Source: Gnetum montanum (taxonomy: Eukaryota; Plantae; Gnetophyta). Taken from it: 64,000 nt of DNA. A program made the position numbers and the translations under genes. The notes beneath the pieces are model-generated. The model ran no database searches and was not told the DNA's origin. It worked only from the letters and a program-made list of their open reading frames with translations. Below are positions 1-14,025 of this stretch, piece after piece (the stretch's first letter is position 1; each line of letters starts with the position of its first letter). The stretch lies in contig MNCI01001563.1 of NCBI GenBank assembly GCA_015680685.1, positions 311,380 to 375,379 of the forward strand, given 5' to 3'.

Positions 1-297
1 GATTTATTTTCTTCCATGCTTACATCTTTAGTCATTTTGTCGATGTTCTCTAGTGCATGTTAATAGTTAATGTTATTCAAGTTTGGTTTCTCATAGCTCA
101 ATCATGGAGGAGAGACACTATTGGGTATGCAATTTTTTATCTTATCTTGGTGTCATATCCATGTATGTGCTTGGCATTGGCTTGTGAAGTTGTTCTTCAT
201 GATTTCCTTGAAGATTATACTTATTATTGTTTTCTTGCATGATTTTTGCATCGGTGGTTTAATGCTTAATGATCTTAATGGTAGGGAGATGCACGAC

Positions 298-1237
298 TGA
301 TGAGTGACTAGGTACCCCTACGCCCAACCATACGAATCATGAGCATTCATGCACAACTCGGTCGAAATCCACAGACTGTAAGCACTTAACATACACCAAA
401 CTTCTAACTAGTGAAACCTTGGGTTAGAACGGTCTTTGTCATCCTAATCTCTCTTGTGAAGCTCTGTTTACATTGGTTAAGTGAGACTAAGGCTAATGAT
501 TTTTATATCTTTTCAATTATCTTTTTCAACGACTAATTGAAGTATGGAAGGTAAGGAATAAACTATAATCTAATCTCTAATTATCCTAGTTTATATTCTA
601 ACTACTCCTAGCATAAGTATCCGCTCCCATCTTCCAAGCACATTCTGAGCATTTCCTAACACTACTGGGTTACCAGACGTTTAGCATCGTTGGGCTTACC
701 AAGTGTTTGGATTATGTTCAAGATGGTTGTACTTATGGCTTTAACGAGCTATGAATGAACAATAACAATTGAAATTATAATAATCAAAACATAAATAATC
801 AACAAGTAACTAATAAAGAATTAACAAGTAATTAATAAAGCATAAACATTTTAAACTATTAAATGCATGAAACAACTAAGTCCAAATGCTGCAAGGTATG
901 CTTGAACAGTTCGTCTTTATTGTCGTCATGCTAATGGGCTCAGATACATCAACGCTCAAATAAAGATCCGATCACTTTTCTTACACCTACTACGGGCACT
1001 TGGAAAATATTCTATCTCTTGTGGGAACAAACTGCAAGAGCTTCACTACTATTACTCAAAAATATGCCTAAATGAGGTAGAAGGCCCTCATATTTATAGA
1101 TCCAGGAAAGGTGGCTACGTAAACGAGGCCACGTCGACGTAGGGTGGTTATGTCGATGGGCCTGTATCGATGCGGCCACGTGTACGCGGCCCCGTATACA
1201 TGGCCCAGTTGATGCATTGACTTTTGACACTTCATCA
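298..1237 (-). repeat. 3' LTR (940 bp) of Athila-like element 1
   Basis: TG..CA ends with TGATGA/TCATCA inverted termini; minus-strand TATA-like CTATAAATA near 1091-1099; homologous to LTRs at 14026-14916 and 48913-49750. Confidence 0.9.
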
Positions 1238-1252
1238 TACCCCCACGACTGA
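1238..1252 (-). promoter_or_regulatory. Polypurine tract (PPT)
   Basis: Minus strand reads TCAGTCGTGGGGGTA directly before the LTR start TGATGAAG; the same motif (CAGTCATGAGGGTA) precedes the LTR at 48913. Confidence 0.8.
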
Positions 1253-1399
1253 GCAAAAACTCATCCTCGAGTTACTTTACAATTTGGAAGGTATGGATTC
1301 TTATTTACAACACACATAACTTAACACATAAATGACACACACATGACACAACATAAATTTGACCAAGTACTCAAGTTATAGAGGGGGAAAAATCACAAA

Positions 1400-2640
1400 A
1401 ATGGCAGTGTTTAGAGATAAAATTGAACACTCCTCTAGTCCTGGAGCCTTTGCTGTGTAGGATGATGCACAAAATTTCTAGAGAAGATCACACCATCCCT
1501 AGGGGCAGTGGTTCTGACAATCCTTCTCCAGCCTCTGGCCTATGTGTTGGTGGTGGCACGGATGTCAAAAGTCCTTTGGCAGCTGCAACTTCTAGGGGTA
1601 GCTAGAAAGCCTCCAAGAGAGCCCTCATTTTTTCTTCTTTGCTTCTAGGGTTGTTCATGGTTCAAGCAGCTTCTCCAATGTGTGTTGGAACTAAAACCTC
1701 CCAAGGGCAAGGCAGCACCAGAAAGAGTTCTTTTAAATTGACAAACCAGGCTACAAACTGCTTGTGTTTGATATTGAATGCTCAAATTGATGATTGCAGC
1801 TGCTGGTAGTCATTCATTCTTCAGGCTAGGTCCTCCACGAAGGTACGTTGGCCTTCAAAGCTTGTGCAGAGGACCTCAAGTTTCGTGTTTGCTATTGCTA
1901 GCTTCTGTTTGGTTGCCTTGTGCACCTGGAACTCACCCTCGTATAGGGAATACGAGACAGCCACTTGTTTTTCTAATTCTGACTGCGGTCTCCCGGCTGT
2001 GAGCATAGCCAGGTTTGCATAGCGAATGTTGGCTAACTCCATGTATTCTGTCATTTCTTCGATTTGCAGCTCCTTTAGGTGAATTTTTGCTTTATTGTAG
2101 GCATTCAATCCATCGAAGATGGATGGCCATACATTGCCTCCTTCTCAGAGCTGCTGAAGCACTTGGTTCATCTAGGCTTTAGCAACTTCAATGTGCTTCT
2201 CATTCACCTCCTTCTGCAATCCCACTTGGTCCCTATAATGATTTTTGACTTTTTCAAATTTTAGGACCTCGTTCTTCCAAGCGGAAATTTCAATTGCATA
2301 CTTCTGTCGCAATGCTCGAACCTCCTCCATTGACAAATTCTGATTTTCAGCAGCCAACCTTCTTATATCTACATTCACCCTGGCTAGCTCCTCTTACTAT
2401 TGGTGGATGAAATCTTTCATGTGCTCATTCTCTGCACCAGCATTACATAGGCGATGAACTTCAGTGGCCAGCTGCACGTTCTCCAGGTGAACCTCCTCCA
2501 AGTCCTTCTCTAAATGATACGCTCGGGCATCTACTATGGACTTTCCTAGGATCGTTGTCTCCCTTATCTATGAACTTGTGTAGGATTAGCTTAAACTTCA
2601 GAGATGGCAATCCTAGACAAGTCCATAGCAGACGCCTGAG
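1400..2640 (-). pseudogene. C-terminal coiled-coil part of the element's extra (env-position) ORF
   Basis: ORFs 2172-2378 and 1821-2108 (EYMELANIRYANL..SELEKQVAVSYSLY) match the + strand ORF remnant at ~47900-48500. Confidence 0.7.
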
Positions 2641-2651
2641 CCACTCATCAT

Positions 2652-2669
2652 TAGCACCATTGCCGAGGA
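2652..2669 (+). promoter_or_regulatory. Primer-binding site (PBS), Athila-type, on the inverted block
   Basis: CACTCATCA (LTR end) followed by TAGCACCATTGCCGAGGA, a decayed TGGCGCCGTTGCCGGGGA. Confidence 0.75.
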
Positions 2670-2951
2670 CTGTTAGTCTTACATGTGTCATCTAACTTTA
2701 GTGAAATTATCATTTAAGTCATTGAAATGGACCTAGGGTAGAAATATCTATGCGTACTAGGCAAAATTAAGTTAATCATAAGGTACATTGATTATATGAA
2801 CCATCTAACATCCAACATGTCTTCTCACAAGAGAGATGCATTTGAACCACCAGTGTTGCAAGAATGTCAGGTGGTGTACAAACATCCTAATGAATATGTC
2901 CCTGATTTCACATTCATCCTACATCAGGATGAACATCTTTGATGGCGGGAC

Positions 2952-5900
2952 ATGGAGGGTAGCATCATGCTACCGCCCAACCGAGCAGCTCCTGTGATGC
3001 TATATCACAATTTGGGTAGATTGGGCATCCAGGACCAAGTGACAAAGTATGTCATGGAGGACCATGACTATCGGGACTATCGTCCTACAGAGGCTCAACG
3101 AACAAGAGATCAGCAGCAAGCGGAGAGATATGAACAGCAGAAAGGGAAGCAATTCACCAACCCCTTATTCTCACAAGAGCTACAAGATGTTGAGGATCTC
3201 ATATTTCATGATACTCATTTGACCGAACTTCACCTAGGGCCATAGATCCTCTAGTCAGTCATTCAGAACAAACCTCCAAGTGACCATGATCCTCAAGGAG
3301 ATGGTGGGTCACGTAGCAAAGCTAGAGGAGATGACTGCAGCTGTCACCAGGGTAGATGGGGAGATTGTCGCTGAAGCAGTGGTGATGTCTCTCCTTCTTC
3401 TTCATCCTCCCCCTCTCCTTCACCTTCATCTAGCTCAAGTTCTAAGCATCACAAGGGAAGGTTGGAGAGAAATGACGATGGTAAGCTGGTTCGAAAGGGG
3501 CAACGTGAGGGAGCACACGAACAATCAGGTGGCCCTCGCCAGCATGAAAGAAGGGGTAGCAAAAATCATCCTAGACATCATAGTCCCCAATAGGAATATG
3601 ATTCAGATGAGCTGTTGTTAGCTACTCAAAGCATGCTCCAAATTGCAGAGGAAATTCATATTCCAAGTAGGCACATGAAGGATAGTCAAATCAAGCGTGT
3701 TGACATGAACAACATCCCCAAATTTTAAGGGGGATACAACTATGATCCGTAGACCCACTTGTAGGCATTTCATGACACCTACACCCTACAAAATATTGAT
3801 AATGATTGGCAACGGTTGAAGTTGTTCCCTCGTACACTCATCAAAGAAGCTAAAAGTTGTTACTGGTCCTTGGAGCCGAAATCAATCAGAAGGTGGAGTA
3901 GGATGCTTGAAATCTTTAATGACAAATATCAAACATACTCTAGAGTGGTGAATCTGAGATGGCAGATCCAAGGTTGGAAACAAGAGAATCATGAACCCTT
4001 GGATGCCACCATGACTAGGTATTACTCACCGTTGCATCGGTGCCCTAGTCATGGTTACTCTCAGCGAGCACAGCTTCACCACATTATAGATGGGCTCCAT
4101 TTTGAAACACGAAAGACCCTTGGTATGTACACCAAGGGACGGCTATCAGAGCTAAGGGCCCATCAGTTGTAGTGCCTCATTGATCAGGTGGCCAAAGAGG
4201 AAGGAGAACTCAGAAAAAAGGAGAGTGCCGAAGAATTCAATTGGGACCCTTCCCTCAGGAAGAAGGAGATCTGATTTTTTGATGAGGACGATGAGTCACC
4301 ACTGGAAGCAGCGGTGAATAGGAAGACTTTGCTGTTACAAAATTTTACATCTGAAATATCGGCAAATATGGATAAAATGTGGGACTTTTGGATGAGAGAT
4401 TCCAAAGTGTATTAAAAATTGTAGAAGAGTCCAAAGAACAAGGTAGTGACCATGAGCAGCATAGGAAGAAGGGAGCTGAATGTGCCCAACATAAGGGTAA
4501 GGAAAAATTTTTTGTAGTAGAGCAGGTTGCAAACTCTGACACCGAGGAGGATGATGGATGTGACATATGCCAATATGAACATCCTAAGGGATTTTTTCCT
4601 ATGGTGTTCCACCTTCAAGAGTTTGGGGTCTATGCCTTGAACCCTCATTTGGCGTAGCGGCATACACCCCGAAGGTTGCCTTATCCACAAGGCAACCCCA
4701 TGCGATTCCACCAGTAGTAGCAAGGATACTATCCAAGTGGAACACCTCTGCAACCATATGAATATTTTTAATAATTGAAACAACCACAAGCATGGGGATG
4801 CCACCTCCAAGGCAGTAGTACCCTTACAAGCAAGAAGATCCTTATGGGTACTATGTTCAGCAACCGGTCTCTCCAAGAGACTCTTCTTGTCATGCGGCCT
4901 TTCCCAGTTACTACCATCCCTTGAATATTTTAAACATCTATCTCCATCACCCAAGGGGACAAATCCACATCACTTCTACCCTCCGTCACCTTCTTATGCC
5001 ACTCCTCCACACCATCCCTCTCAGTTGCCACCTGCTCCATCCATGCAGGGAGAAATACTGTCACAGCCACAACAAAAAAATGCTACGAGGGCTGTTAACT
5101 TACAACTGGCACCTCAGCCCAATAATCTGAACACACCCTCACCTACGCCTGTGGCCAGTGCCTCTGAACATACCAATGCCTCCAACATCATACTACCCGA
5201 GTAGTCCTCCGCTCCATCGCATTCCAACATCTAGACGGTCATGCTCACACATGTCGTGACCAACTAGATCAAAGCTGGTTCTCTTCCCCTGAAATTGACA
5301 AATCCGCGAAGCCCCCTCATATATCTTTAGCTAGATGGGAACAAGCCGTACAAAGCTCTTCTAAACTTAGGGTTAGGGGTTAATTTAATCTCTCATGACA
5401 TGTACAAGAACTGGAACCTACCCCCACTAAAGAAGAGAAACATCTGGCTTGAGTTAGTAGAGCAATCCATCACTGTTCCTTTGGGTTTGATGGAGGACAT
5501 TATGACCACCGTTTGTGGGTGGTCCTACCCTGCTGACTTCTTGGTCATCCATGTAGAAAACTGTAAGGGGAACTTCCCAATCATCATGGGAAGAGCCTGG
5601 CTAAGCAAGGTGGATGCACGACTAGGACTCCAAGATCTATCCCTGGAAATTTCAAAGGAAAATCCTTTTGGGAAGATCGAGAAGAAAAGAGTTCCATGCA
5701 TCACGTACAATGACTCATGGTGCAACTGTGTGTAGCAGTTATGGTCCACTAAGCAGACATCCATTCAAGCATGCAGTCAGTGTACTAAGGAATCACCAAT
5801 TCAATAGTGCCTATATGCAGCAGCCATTAACCAAGAAGGCACCCAATGGCTGACAGCTGATCCTGCTAGTAGCACATTATGCATGGAACCATCTGAGGGG

Positions 5901-8325
5901 CTAGTGCAAGCCTATATTAATAGCACGGATGTGATGGAGGAGATCCATCAATGGACCTCCATCCTTGATGACTTAGATGACTGGAAAAAGCTAGAGATCC
6001 CTGAGAGCTTCAAGCAAGAGCCCCTTGAGCTAAAATCCCTATCGGCTCACTTAGAGTATGCATTCTTGCAAAATGGAAAGCCGGTAATTATCAATGCTAC
6101 CCTTACTCCTGAACAGAAAAAGAAGTTACTAGTGATGGTAAAAAAATGGGTTGCTACATTCATGTGGTCCTATCTTAAGCTGACTGGCATTGTTCCTAGG
6201 ATCTGCCAGCACCGGATCTACCTTGACCCTTCCATGAAGCCACAACGATAGCCACAAAGATGGTTGAATCCCAAGTTGAAGCAGGTAGTAAAGGATGAAA
6301 TTGAACAACTGCTTAAGACGGGATTCATTTATTCTATTGCCGATAGCGAGTGGGTTATCCCCCTTGTTATCGTACCCAAGAAAGATGGTAAGTGGAGGTT
6401 CTATATCGATTTCCAGTTGCTCAACATGGCAACTTTCAAGGACCACTTCCCGCTCCCATTTGTGGACCAGGTGTTGGAAATCGCAGGACACCAATATTAT
6501 AGCTTTTTGAATGGTTATAGTGGTTATAACCAAATCCAAATTGCACCAGAGGACCAAGCCAAAACTACTTTCACAAGTCCATGGGGGACTTTTGCATATA
6601 ACAAGATGCCCTTTGGCCTATGCAATATGCCTGCGACATTCCAACGACTTGTCCTAAGCATCTTCCAGCAACAAATCAGCAATGGTGTAGAAGTCTTCAT
6701 GGATGACTTCTCCACCTATGGTGCCACGTTCGAGTAAGCTTTGGACCATCTAGAGCAGGTTCTAAAGAGGTGTGTAGACACCAATCTATAGCTTAATTGG
6801 CAAAAGAGCCATTTGATGGTCCAGGAGGGCATAATGTTGGGGCATCACATTTCATGAACAAGGATAAGCGTAGACCCTGAAAATATTAGGGTCATCTAAG
6901 GAATTACCTGCCAACCAAGTACTGTCAAATATGTATGGTCATTCCTTGGACACATTGGTTACTACCAGCGCTTCATTGAACACTTCTTGAAGATAGCCTG
7001 GTCATTGGTAGAGCTTACAAAGAAGGATGCTCCATTTTTTTGGACCAAGGAATGCGAGTCCGCATTCCAAGAGCTGAAGCAAAAACTCATAGAAGCTCCG
7101 GTTCTATGGGCACCTACTTGGTCCAAATCCTTTCACATTATGATGGATGCCTCCAACTATGCTTTTAGAGCTGTGCTTACACAGTGTGATGATCAGAAAC
7201 ATTCGTATTATATCCACTGTGCAAGTCGTAGCATTGTGGGTGCACAACTGAACTATACCACCACCGAGAAATAATTTATGGTGGTGGTGTTCACTTTGGA
7301 CAAATTCTGGCACTATGTGCTTGGATACGACGTGTTTGTGCACACAAACCATAGTGCTATCCGATTCCTGATGAATAAACCAATGGTGAGCCCCCACATA
7401 ATTTGGTGGCTCATGATTCTTCAAGAGTTTGATCTGACCATGGTAGACAGAAAGGGGTCCAAGAATGTGGTCGCTGACCATTTTTCTCAGTTACGATGGG
7501 ATAACTTAGAAGAGGAGGAGCCTTTATTCGATCAATTTCCAGATGAACTCCTCTTCACAGGCACCGTTGATCCTCAAGCACCTAAGGAATCTCCTTGGTT
7601 CAACCGCATACTCACCTACCTTACAACCTAGGAGCTGCCAAAAGAATGGAACCATTGGCAGAAACAGCAGTTTCTCCATAAGGCCAAGCATTTCATGGAA
7701 ATCAATGACCACCTCTACAAGGTGTGCGCAAATGGCTTGGTTCAATGGTGTGTCCCTGATGATGATACACTACGCATCCTTCAAGATGCTCACGAGGGCC
7801 CTTGTGGGGGCCACTATGTTGGATGCAGAATGGCCATTAAAATCATTCTTGCAAGGTATTATTGGCCTACACTTTTCAAGGATGCACAATGGTTCGCCCG
7901 CTCCTGTGAATGATGCCAAAGAGATGGTGGGATGTCGGCATGGTTGGAGGGACCTCAACAGTGGATTCAACCACTGGAGCCCTTCAACATATAGGGTATC
8001 GACTTCATGGGCCCCATCACCCCCTTGTCAAACAAAAAGGCATACATCATCGTGGTGGTGGACTACTGTACAAAGTGGGTAGAAGCGGTAACCGTCATCG
8101 ACTATTGTTCAAACACCGCCGCACGATTTGTCTAGCAACAAATCGTTACCAGGTTTGGAGTGCCTCACGCACTTATTTCTGATAATGGGACTCACTTCAT
8201 GGGGGTCACTTATTGAAAAATCATGCAATGCTTAGGGGTAACACATAAATTCACAACACCTTATCACCCCCAAGCCAACGGGCAGGCCGAAGTCACAAAT
8301 AGGGAAATCACCAAAATCCTTACAT
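2952..8325 (+). pseudogene. gag-pol polyprotein (gag, protease, RT, RNase H, partial integrase), many stops and frameshifts
   Basis: KLFPRTL (gag); PIIMGRAWL (protease); DHFPLPFVDQ, MPFGLCN, VFMDDF (RT); DASNYA, NYTTTEK (RNase H); [25 protein letters not shown] (integrase). Confidence 0.93.
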
Positions 8326-8538
8326 GAATAAACTACAAGAGCTTCGCTACTACTACTCAAAAAGATGCCTAAATGAGGGGGAAGGCCCTCATATTTATAG
8401 ATCTGTGAAAGGTGGTTGCGTAAATGGGGCCACTTTGACATAGGGTGGCTACGTCGATGGGCCATCGTTAACGCAACCACATATACGCAGCCCCGCATAC
8501 ATGGCCCAGTCGATGCATTGACTTTTGACACTTCATCA
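8326..8538 (-). repeat. Truncated 5' LTR (first ~213 bp) of element 1
   Basis: Direct-repeat match to 1025-1237, ending TTGACACTTCATCA. Confidence 0.88.
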
Positions 8539-10239
8539 ACAACCACTAGGATCATATAACCTACCATTAGGATCTTAATGGTCGTGCATCTCCCTACATA
8601 GTGGCCCCCATAAGGACCCTCATGAGTGTCTTGGAGAATGTGTAATTAAGCAACATCAAAAACATACCAATGAACTACATCATCAGTGCACAACTTATAA
8701 AGGTGTCCGTTAATCTCCATGAAGCATTTAACCCAATGAAGAAACTGTTGTTTCTTTCAAAAGTGTAGATCTTGTGCCATCTCATGGGTGAGAAGATAAG
8801 TGAGGATGCCATCATACCATTGGTTCAGCATGTACTTGTTCATTTATTGCATCAACAAAGAGGATTTCATTAAGAAATTAATCAAAAAGTGAGCTTTCCT
8901 CATCTTTGTTGTCCCATTGTAACTGAGAAAAGTGGTCAGCAACCACATTCTCGGTGCCTTTTTGATCTATCATCATAAGATCAAACTCATGTAACATCAC
9001 TAGCCATTGTATGACATGTTCATGAGGAAATGCTTGACATTATGATCCAAGGCATACACCACCACCATTAGCTCTTTTTCTATTATGGTGTAGTTAAGCT
9101 CTACATCCACAATGCTTTGGCTTACACATTGAATGTAGTAAGGATGTTTTTGATCATCCAACTATGTAAGCACAGCTCCCAAGGCATAGTTCAATGCATC
9201 TGTCATGATGTGAAATAGTCTAGACCAGTCTAGTTCTCGTATAATTAGAGTTTCTACAAGCTTCTCCTTAAGTTACTAGAATTCCTTTTCGCATCTCTTG
9301 ATCCATATAAATGGAGCATCTTTCTTTGTGAGCTTAACCAATGGTTTAGCAATATGAGAGAAATTCTCAATGAATCACTAGTAGCCAATGTGTTTAAGGA
9401 ATGAATGGATAGCTATAATAGTTTCCAGTTGGCAGGTTATTCCTTGGGTGATCCTAATCTTTCTAGGATCCACCTTGATCCCTACTTGAGAAATTCTATG
9501 CCCAAGCACAATGTCCTCCTAGACCATCAAATGGCATTTTTGCCAATTGAGCCAAAGATTAGTCTCCACATACTTTTTAAGCACTTATTCAAGGTAATCC
9601 ATGGCTTTCTCAAATGTAGCACCATAGGTGGAGAAGTCATCCATGAAGACTTCCACCCTGCTACCAATTTGCTGCTAAAAAATGATTAGGACCAAGTGTT
9701 GGAAAGTTATAAGGGCATTGCACAAACCAAAGGGCATCTTACGATATGCAAAAGTTCCTCAAGGATGTGTGACTGTTATTTTGGCCTAATCCTTGGGCAC
9801 AATCTAAATTTCATTATAGCCACTATAACCATCCAGAAAGTTATAATAGCAATGCCCAAAAATAGTGTTCAACACATGGTTCACAAATGGCAATAGAAAA
9901 TGATCTTTAAATGTTTCCATATTCAATAGCCTAAAATCAATACAAACCCATCACTTACCACCTTTCCTTAGCATAATTACAAGTGGGCTAACCCACTTAG
10001 TATCTGCAATTGGATAGATAAGCTCCACCTTGAGGAGTTGTTCAATTTCCTTTGTCATTATATGCTTTAATTTAGGGTTCAATCGTCACTATGACTACCT
10101 CTTTGGCTTCATGGCTAGATTAGTATAGATGTGATACTAGCATATCCAAGGATCAAACCTTGTGTGTAGGATATGACCAAGCAAAGGTTGTTGGCCATTT
10201 GTTGACCACCTTCAATAGCATCCTTTTCTAATTAGGAGT

Positions 10240-10908
10240 AAGGTTAGCACTAATTATCATTGGCTTGCCATTTTTCATAAATGCATATTCTATGTCGGTA
10301 GGTAGAGTTTTTAAATATTAGAGCTCATGTTTAAAATTTTCAAGGAATTCCATCTCTCCCCAATTGATATCATCAGGTTCATCATTAGAGAGTTGGTTAT
10401 GAACTTCCTCCAATTCATCCATGCCTTCAACATAAGCACAAGTTAGGCTCTCAATAGGTTTCATGCAAAGTGTGTTGCTCTTAGAATTAGCTATTAGTCA
10501 TTAGGTGCTCTCCTATTTTTTGGCTACTAAATATAGATACTTTTGGATTTTAGATTACTCTACATAATATCTGCTTAAAAGCAAGGTTGGCACTAATTAT
10601 CACTAGCTTACCAATTTTTAGAAATGCATATTCCATGCCGATAGGTAGAGTTTTCAAATCTAAGAGCTCTTGCTTAAAATTGTCAAGGATTTTCAACTCT
10701 CCCCAATTGGTACCATCAAGTTCATCATCATAGAGTTGGCAATGAACTTCCTCTAGTTCATCAATGCCTTCAACATATTCACAAGTTATGCTCTCAGTAG
10801 GTTCCATGCAAAGTGTGCTACTTTTAGAATCAACTATCAATCACTAGGTGACCTCCTATTTTGTGGCTACTGTATACAAATACTTTTGAATTTTAGATTC
10901 ATCTACAC
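10240..10908. repeat. ~343-bp diverged tandem duplication in the protease-RT linker
   Basis: AGGTTAGCACTAATTATC at 10241 recurs as AGGTTGGCACTAATTATC at 10584; the offset of 343 holds to ~10908. Confidence 0.85.
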
Positions 10909-13900
10909 ATTGTCTACATGCTTTGATTTATGTGCTTTTGATAAACCAAAGTTTCTACACATAGTTGCACCTAGTATCATTGTACGCAATGCATGAAACT
11001 CTCTTCTTCTCAATCCTTCAAAATGTATTTTCTTTGGAAATCTCCAAGGAAAGATCTCTGATGCCCATTCACACATCAACAGTGCCAACCCAAGTCCTTC
11101 CCATAATGATTAGGAAGTCCCCCTTACAACTATTAACCTTGATCACTAGGAAATTGGGAGGAAATGATCACCTATAAACAATGGTTAGAATGTCCTCGAC
11201 TAATCCCAAGGGAATAGTGATGAACTAATCTACCAATTCTAAATAGATGTTACTCTTCTTGATAGGAGGTAGGTTCCAAGCTTATTACGTTTCATGGAAA
11301 ATTAGGTTGACACATGAGTCTAAATTAAGAAGAGCATTGTGTTGTTCATTTCTGGTGATCTATAAATAAATGAGGGAACTACCAAGATCAGTTCTTTTCC
11401 TAGGAAGGTTGCTAGCCTTGATCCAATCAGATACAACATGAATTAACATGACTATGCAAATCTTGAAAGGAATTTAATTTGAAAGGCCCTCGAAAGGAAT
11501 AAATGTAGAGGATGACGAAGATACATGGTGACCAACTGCATGAGTCAGTGAGGATTTTGTAGGGCTATTAATTTGAAAAACTGGTCTTTTATGGGTTCTA
11601 GTTTTTAAACCACTCAGCTGAGGAACCGATAGTCAGTTAATGACCCTAGTAGCATTCCATTGCTACACTAATGCAGAAATTTCACCCTGCATGGATGGAG
11701 TAGGAAATAATTGGATTAAGGATGGAGGAAGATGTGCTAAAGGATCAAGAGGATGATAAAGATATGGGTATTCCCCTCTAAGAGATGGAGAATGATTTCT
11801 GTAGCACTCTAGAGGGTAGTAGTGATGCTAGGAGGAAGCGTGATTAAAAGAGTCACATGGAGGCATGGGTTGCTAAACATAGTACCCATATGGATCAAGT
11901 TTTCTATAAGGGTACTATTGCCTTACTAGTGACATCCCCCATGACTATGGATGTTGCCATTGATGGTACTACTCTTACTATTATGGTGGGGCTCCACTTG
12001 GATAATAAGCTTATTATTCCTAGTGGAACTACCTTGCATTGTCTTGAGGATAAGGCAACCTCCTGGGTGCTTGCCTTTGTGTTAGTCTAAGATCCAAAGC
12101 ATACACCCCAGATTCCTATAAGTGTGACACAACATGGCAATGTTCCCTGGGATATTCATATTGGTAAATGTCACATCGACCATCATCATCTAATTCTGAC
12201 TCAACATCTTCTACTACAACATCTTTTCCCTTATCCCTTTGGTAGGCACATTCAACTTCTTTTTTTCTCCTACGGTCATGATCACTACCTTGCTCTTTGG
12301 ATTATTTTGTAATTTTTAGAGTAGTTTGAAATTTTTCATCCAAATATTCCCACATTTTTTCAATTTTAGCTAAAATTTCAAACATATATTTTTTAAATTG
12401 GTAATGTTTTTTTCTGCACCACTTCATCTAGTGGTGTCTCCTCCTCACTATCACAAAATTGGACCTCCCTTTTTCTAATGAATGGAACCTAGTTATACTC
12501 CTCAACACTTTCCCATTTTCTCAACTCACCTTCTTCTTTTACAGCTTTCTCAATCAACCTTTCAATCTAATGGGATATTAGTTCTGATAATCTTCCTTGG
12601 GCATAGATCCCAAGAGTTCTTCTCATTTCTGATTGAAGCCAATCTATGATATGGCAAATTTTCTCTTGCTAGGAATAACCTTGGCTAGGACATCTATGTA
12701 AAAGAGAATAATACATGTCCATTTCTATGTCCAAGGGTTCATGTATTTCTTACCATCAACCTTCGATTTGTTTTTTTCAAATTGAACACTCTGGAGTACA
12801 TATGATATTTATCATTGAATAGCTCAAGCATTGTACTCCATCTACAAATTGATTTTGACTCCAAAGAGCAATACCAAATTTCTACTTTTTTTTTCTGAGT
12901 GTCCTAGGAAATAGCTTAAGTCTCTACCAATCATGCCCTATGTTTTGCAATCCATAGGCATCATGAAAGGCTTGAAAATGGATCTGTAGATTTGAGTTAT
13001 ATCCTCCCTTAAATATTGGGATATTGTTTGTATCCAATCTCTTGATTCTACTATCTTTCACATGCCTAGTTGGAATCCTAACTACCTCTATGATGTTTAG
13101 CATCCTTGGAGTTTAAAGAAAAGGTTCATCATCATCATCATTTTTATGATGCCTATGATGTCCTCTACTATCCTTTCATTCATGATGGGTTCTACAATCA
13201 TTGTTGTCCCGCCATCCACCTTCATCACAATTTCACCCTCTACAATGTCGATTAGATTTAGAGGATGAAGAAGAAGATGCATATGAAGAGGATGAAGAGG
13301 AAGAAGAACTACCAACTCCATGGTTTCTACCATCTTTTCTCCCCTAGTCATGACCATGTTTATTAGTTTTATCATCTTCACAATGCTTGCCTAAGCCCCT
13401 ACCTTGTCTTCCACTTTTTCCTGAACCAAGATTATTGATAGTAGACTGTAAGTGTGGGTTCAAGCCCTTCATTAGAGTGAAGGGGTGGAAAATATTCACG
13501 TTGAGAATCCCCAAAGGGAGGATCTTCCTTGTCACTTTGGTTTAGTAAAAACAAGGGGTTAGTGAACCATTTCACCTTTGTAGCTTCATGGTGCTTCTCA
13601 TGGTGCTGATCTCTTTTGTGTTATGTTTTAGTGGGATGGTAGTCCCAGTAGTCTTGGTCCTACATAATGTATTCGTCATGAAGATCTTGGATGTCCAACC
13701 TCTTAAGAGTTTGGAGTAGCATCCTAGAAACAGATCGGTTGGTAGGCAACATAATGTTGCCTTGTATATCCCTTCACCATAGTTGTTCATCCTGATGCAA
13801 CATGAAGGTGAAATCAAGTAAAAACTCATCTAGATAGATGAGTTTACACCACTTTGAATTCTTAGGGCATTCATAGTTTGATTCATCATGCCTATGAAAA

Positions 13901-14025
13901 GAAGAAATTTTGGATTAAATGAAAAATTTAGTATGTGTTAATTATATTCCAACAATCTCAAATAATATTCACTAAGTCATAGATAGTGCATGTATTAAAC
14001 TACAAGTCCTTGATAATGGCACCAA

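Larger units (their letters stand above)
298..8538 (-). mobile_element. Athila-like Ty3/gypsy LTR retrotransposon, decayed, with internally inverted gag-pol block
   Basis: Termini TGATGA..TCATCA; flanks ACGAC (293-297) / ACAAC (8539-8543) form a 5-bp TSD with one CpG-type mismatch; PPT beside the left LTR; LTR remnant 8326-8538 matches 1025-1237. Confidence 0.85.

Noticed and set aside
1012-1256. Short ORFs repeated at 8232-8567 and ORFs within 21010-21436
   Set aside because: They lie inside LTRs; recurrence reflects LTR duplication, not coding.
2952-8325. Alternative genetic code or programmed readthrough to explain the many in-frame stops
   Set aside because: Stops fall at expected Trp, Gln and Arg codons and come with frameshifts, consistent with methylation-driven deamination.
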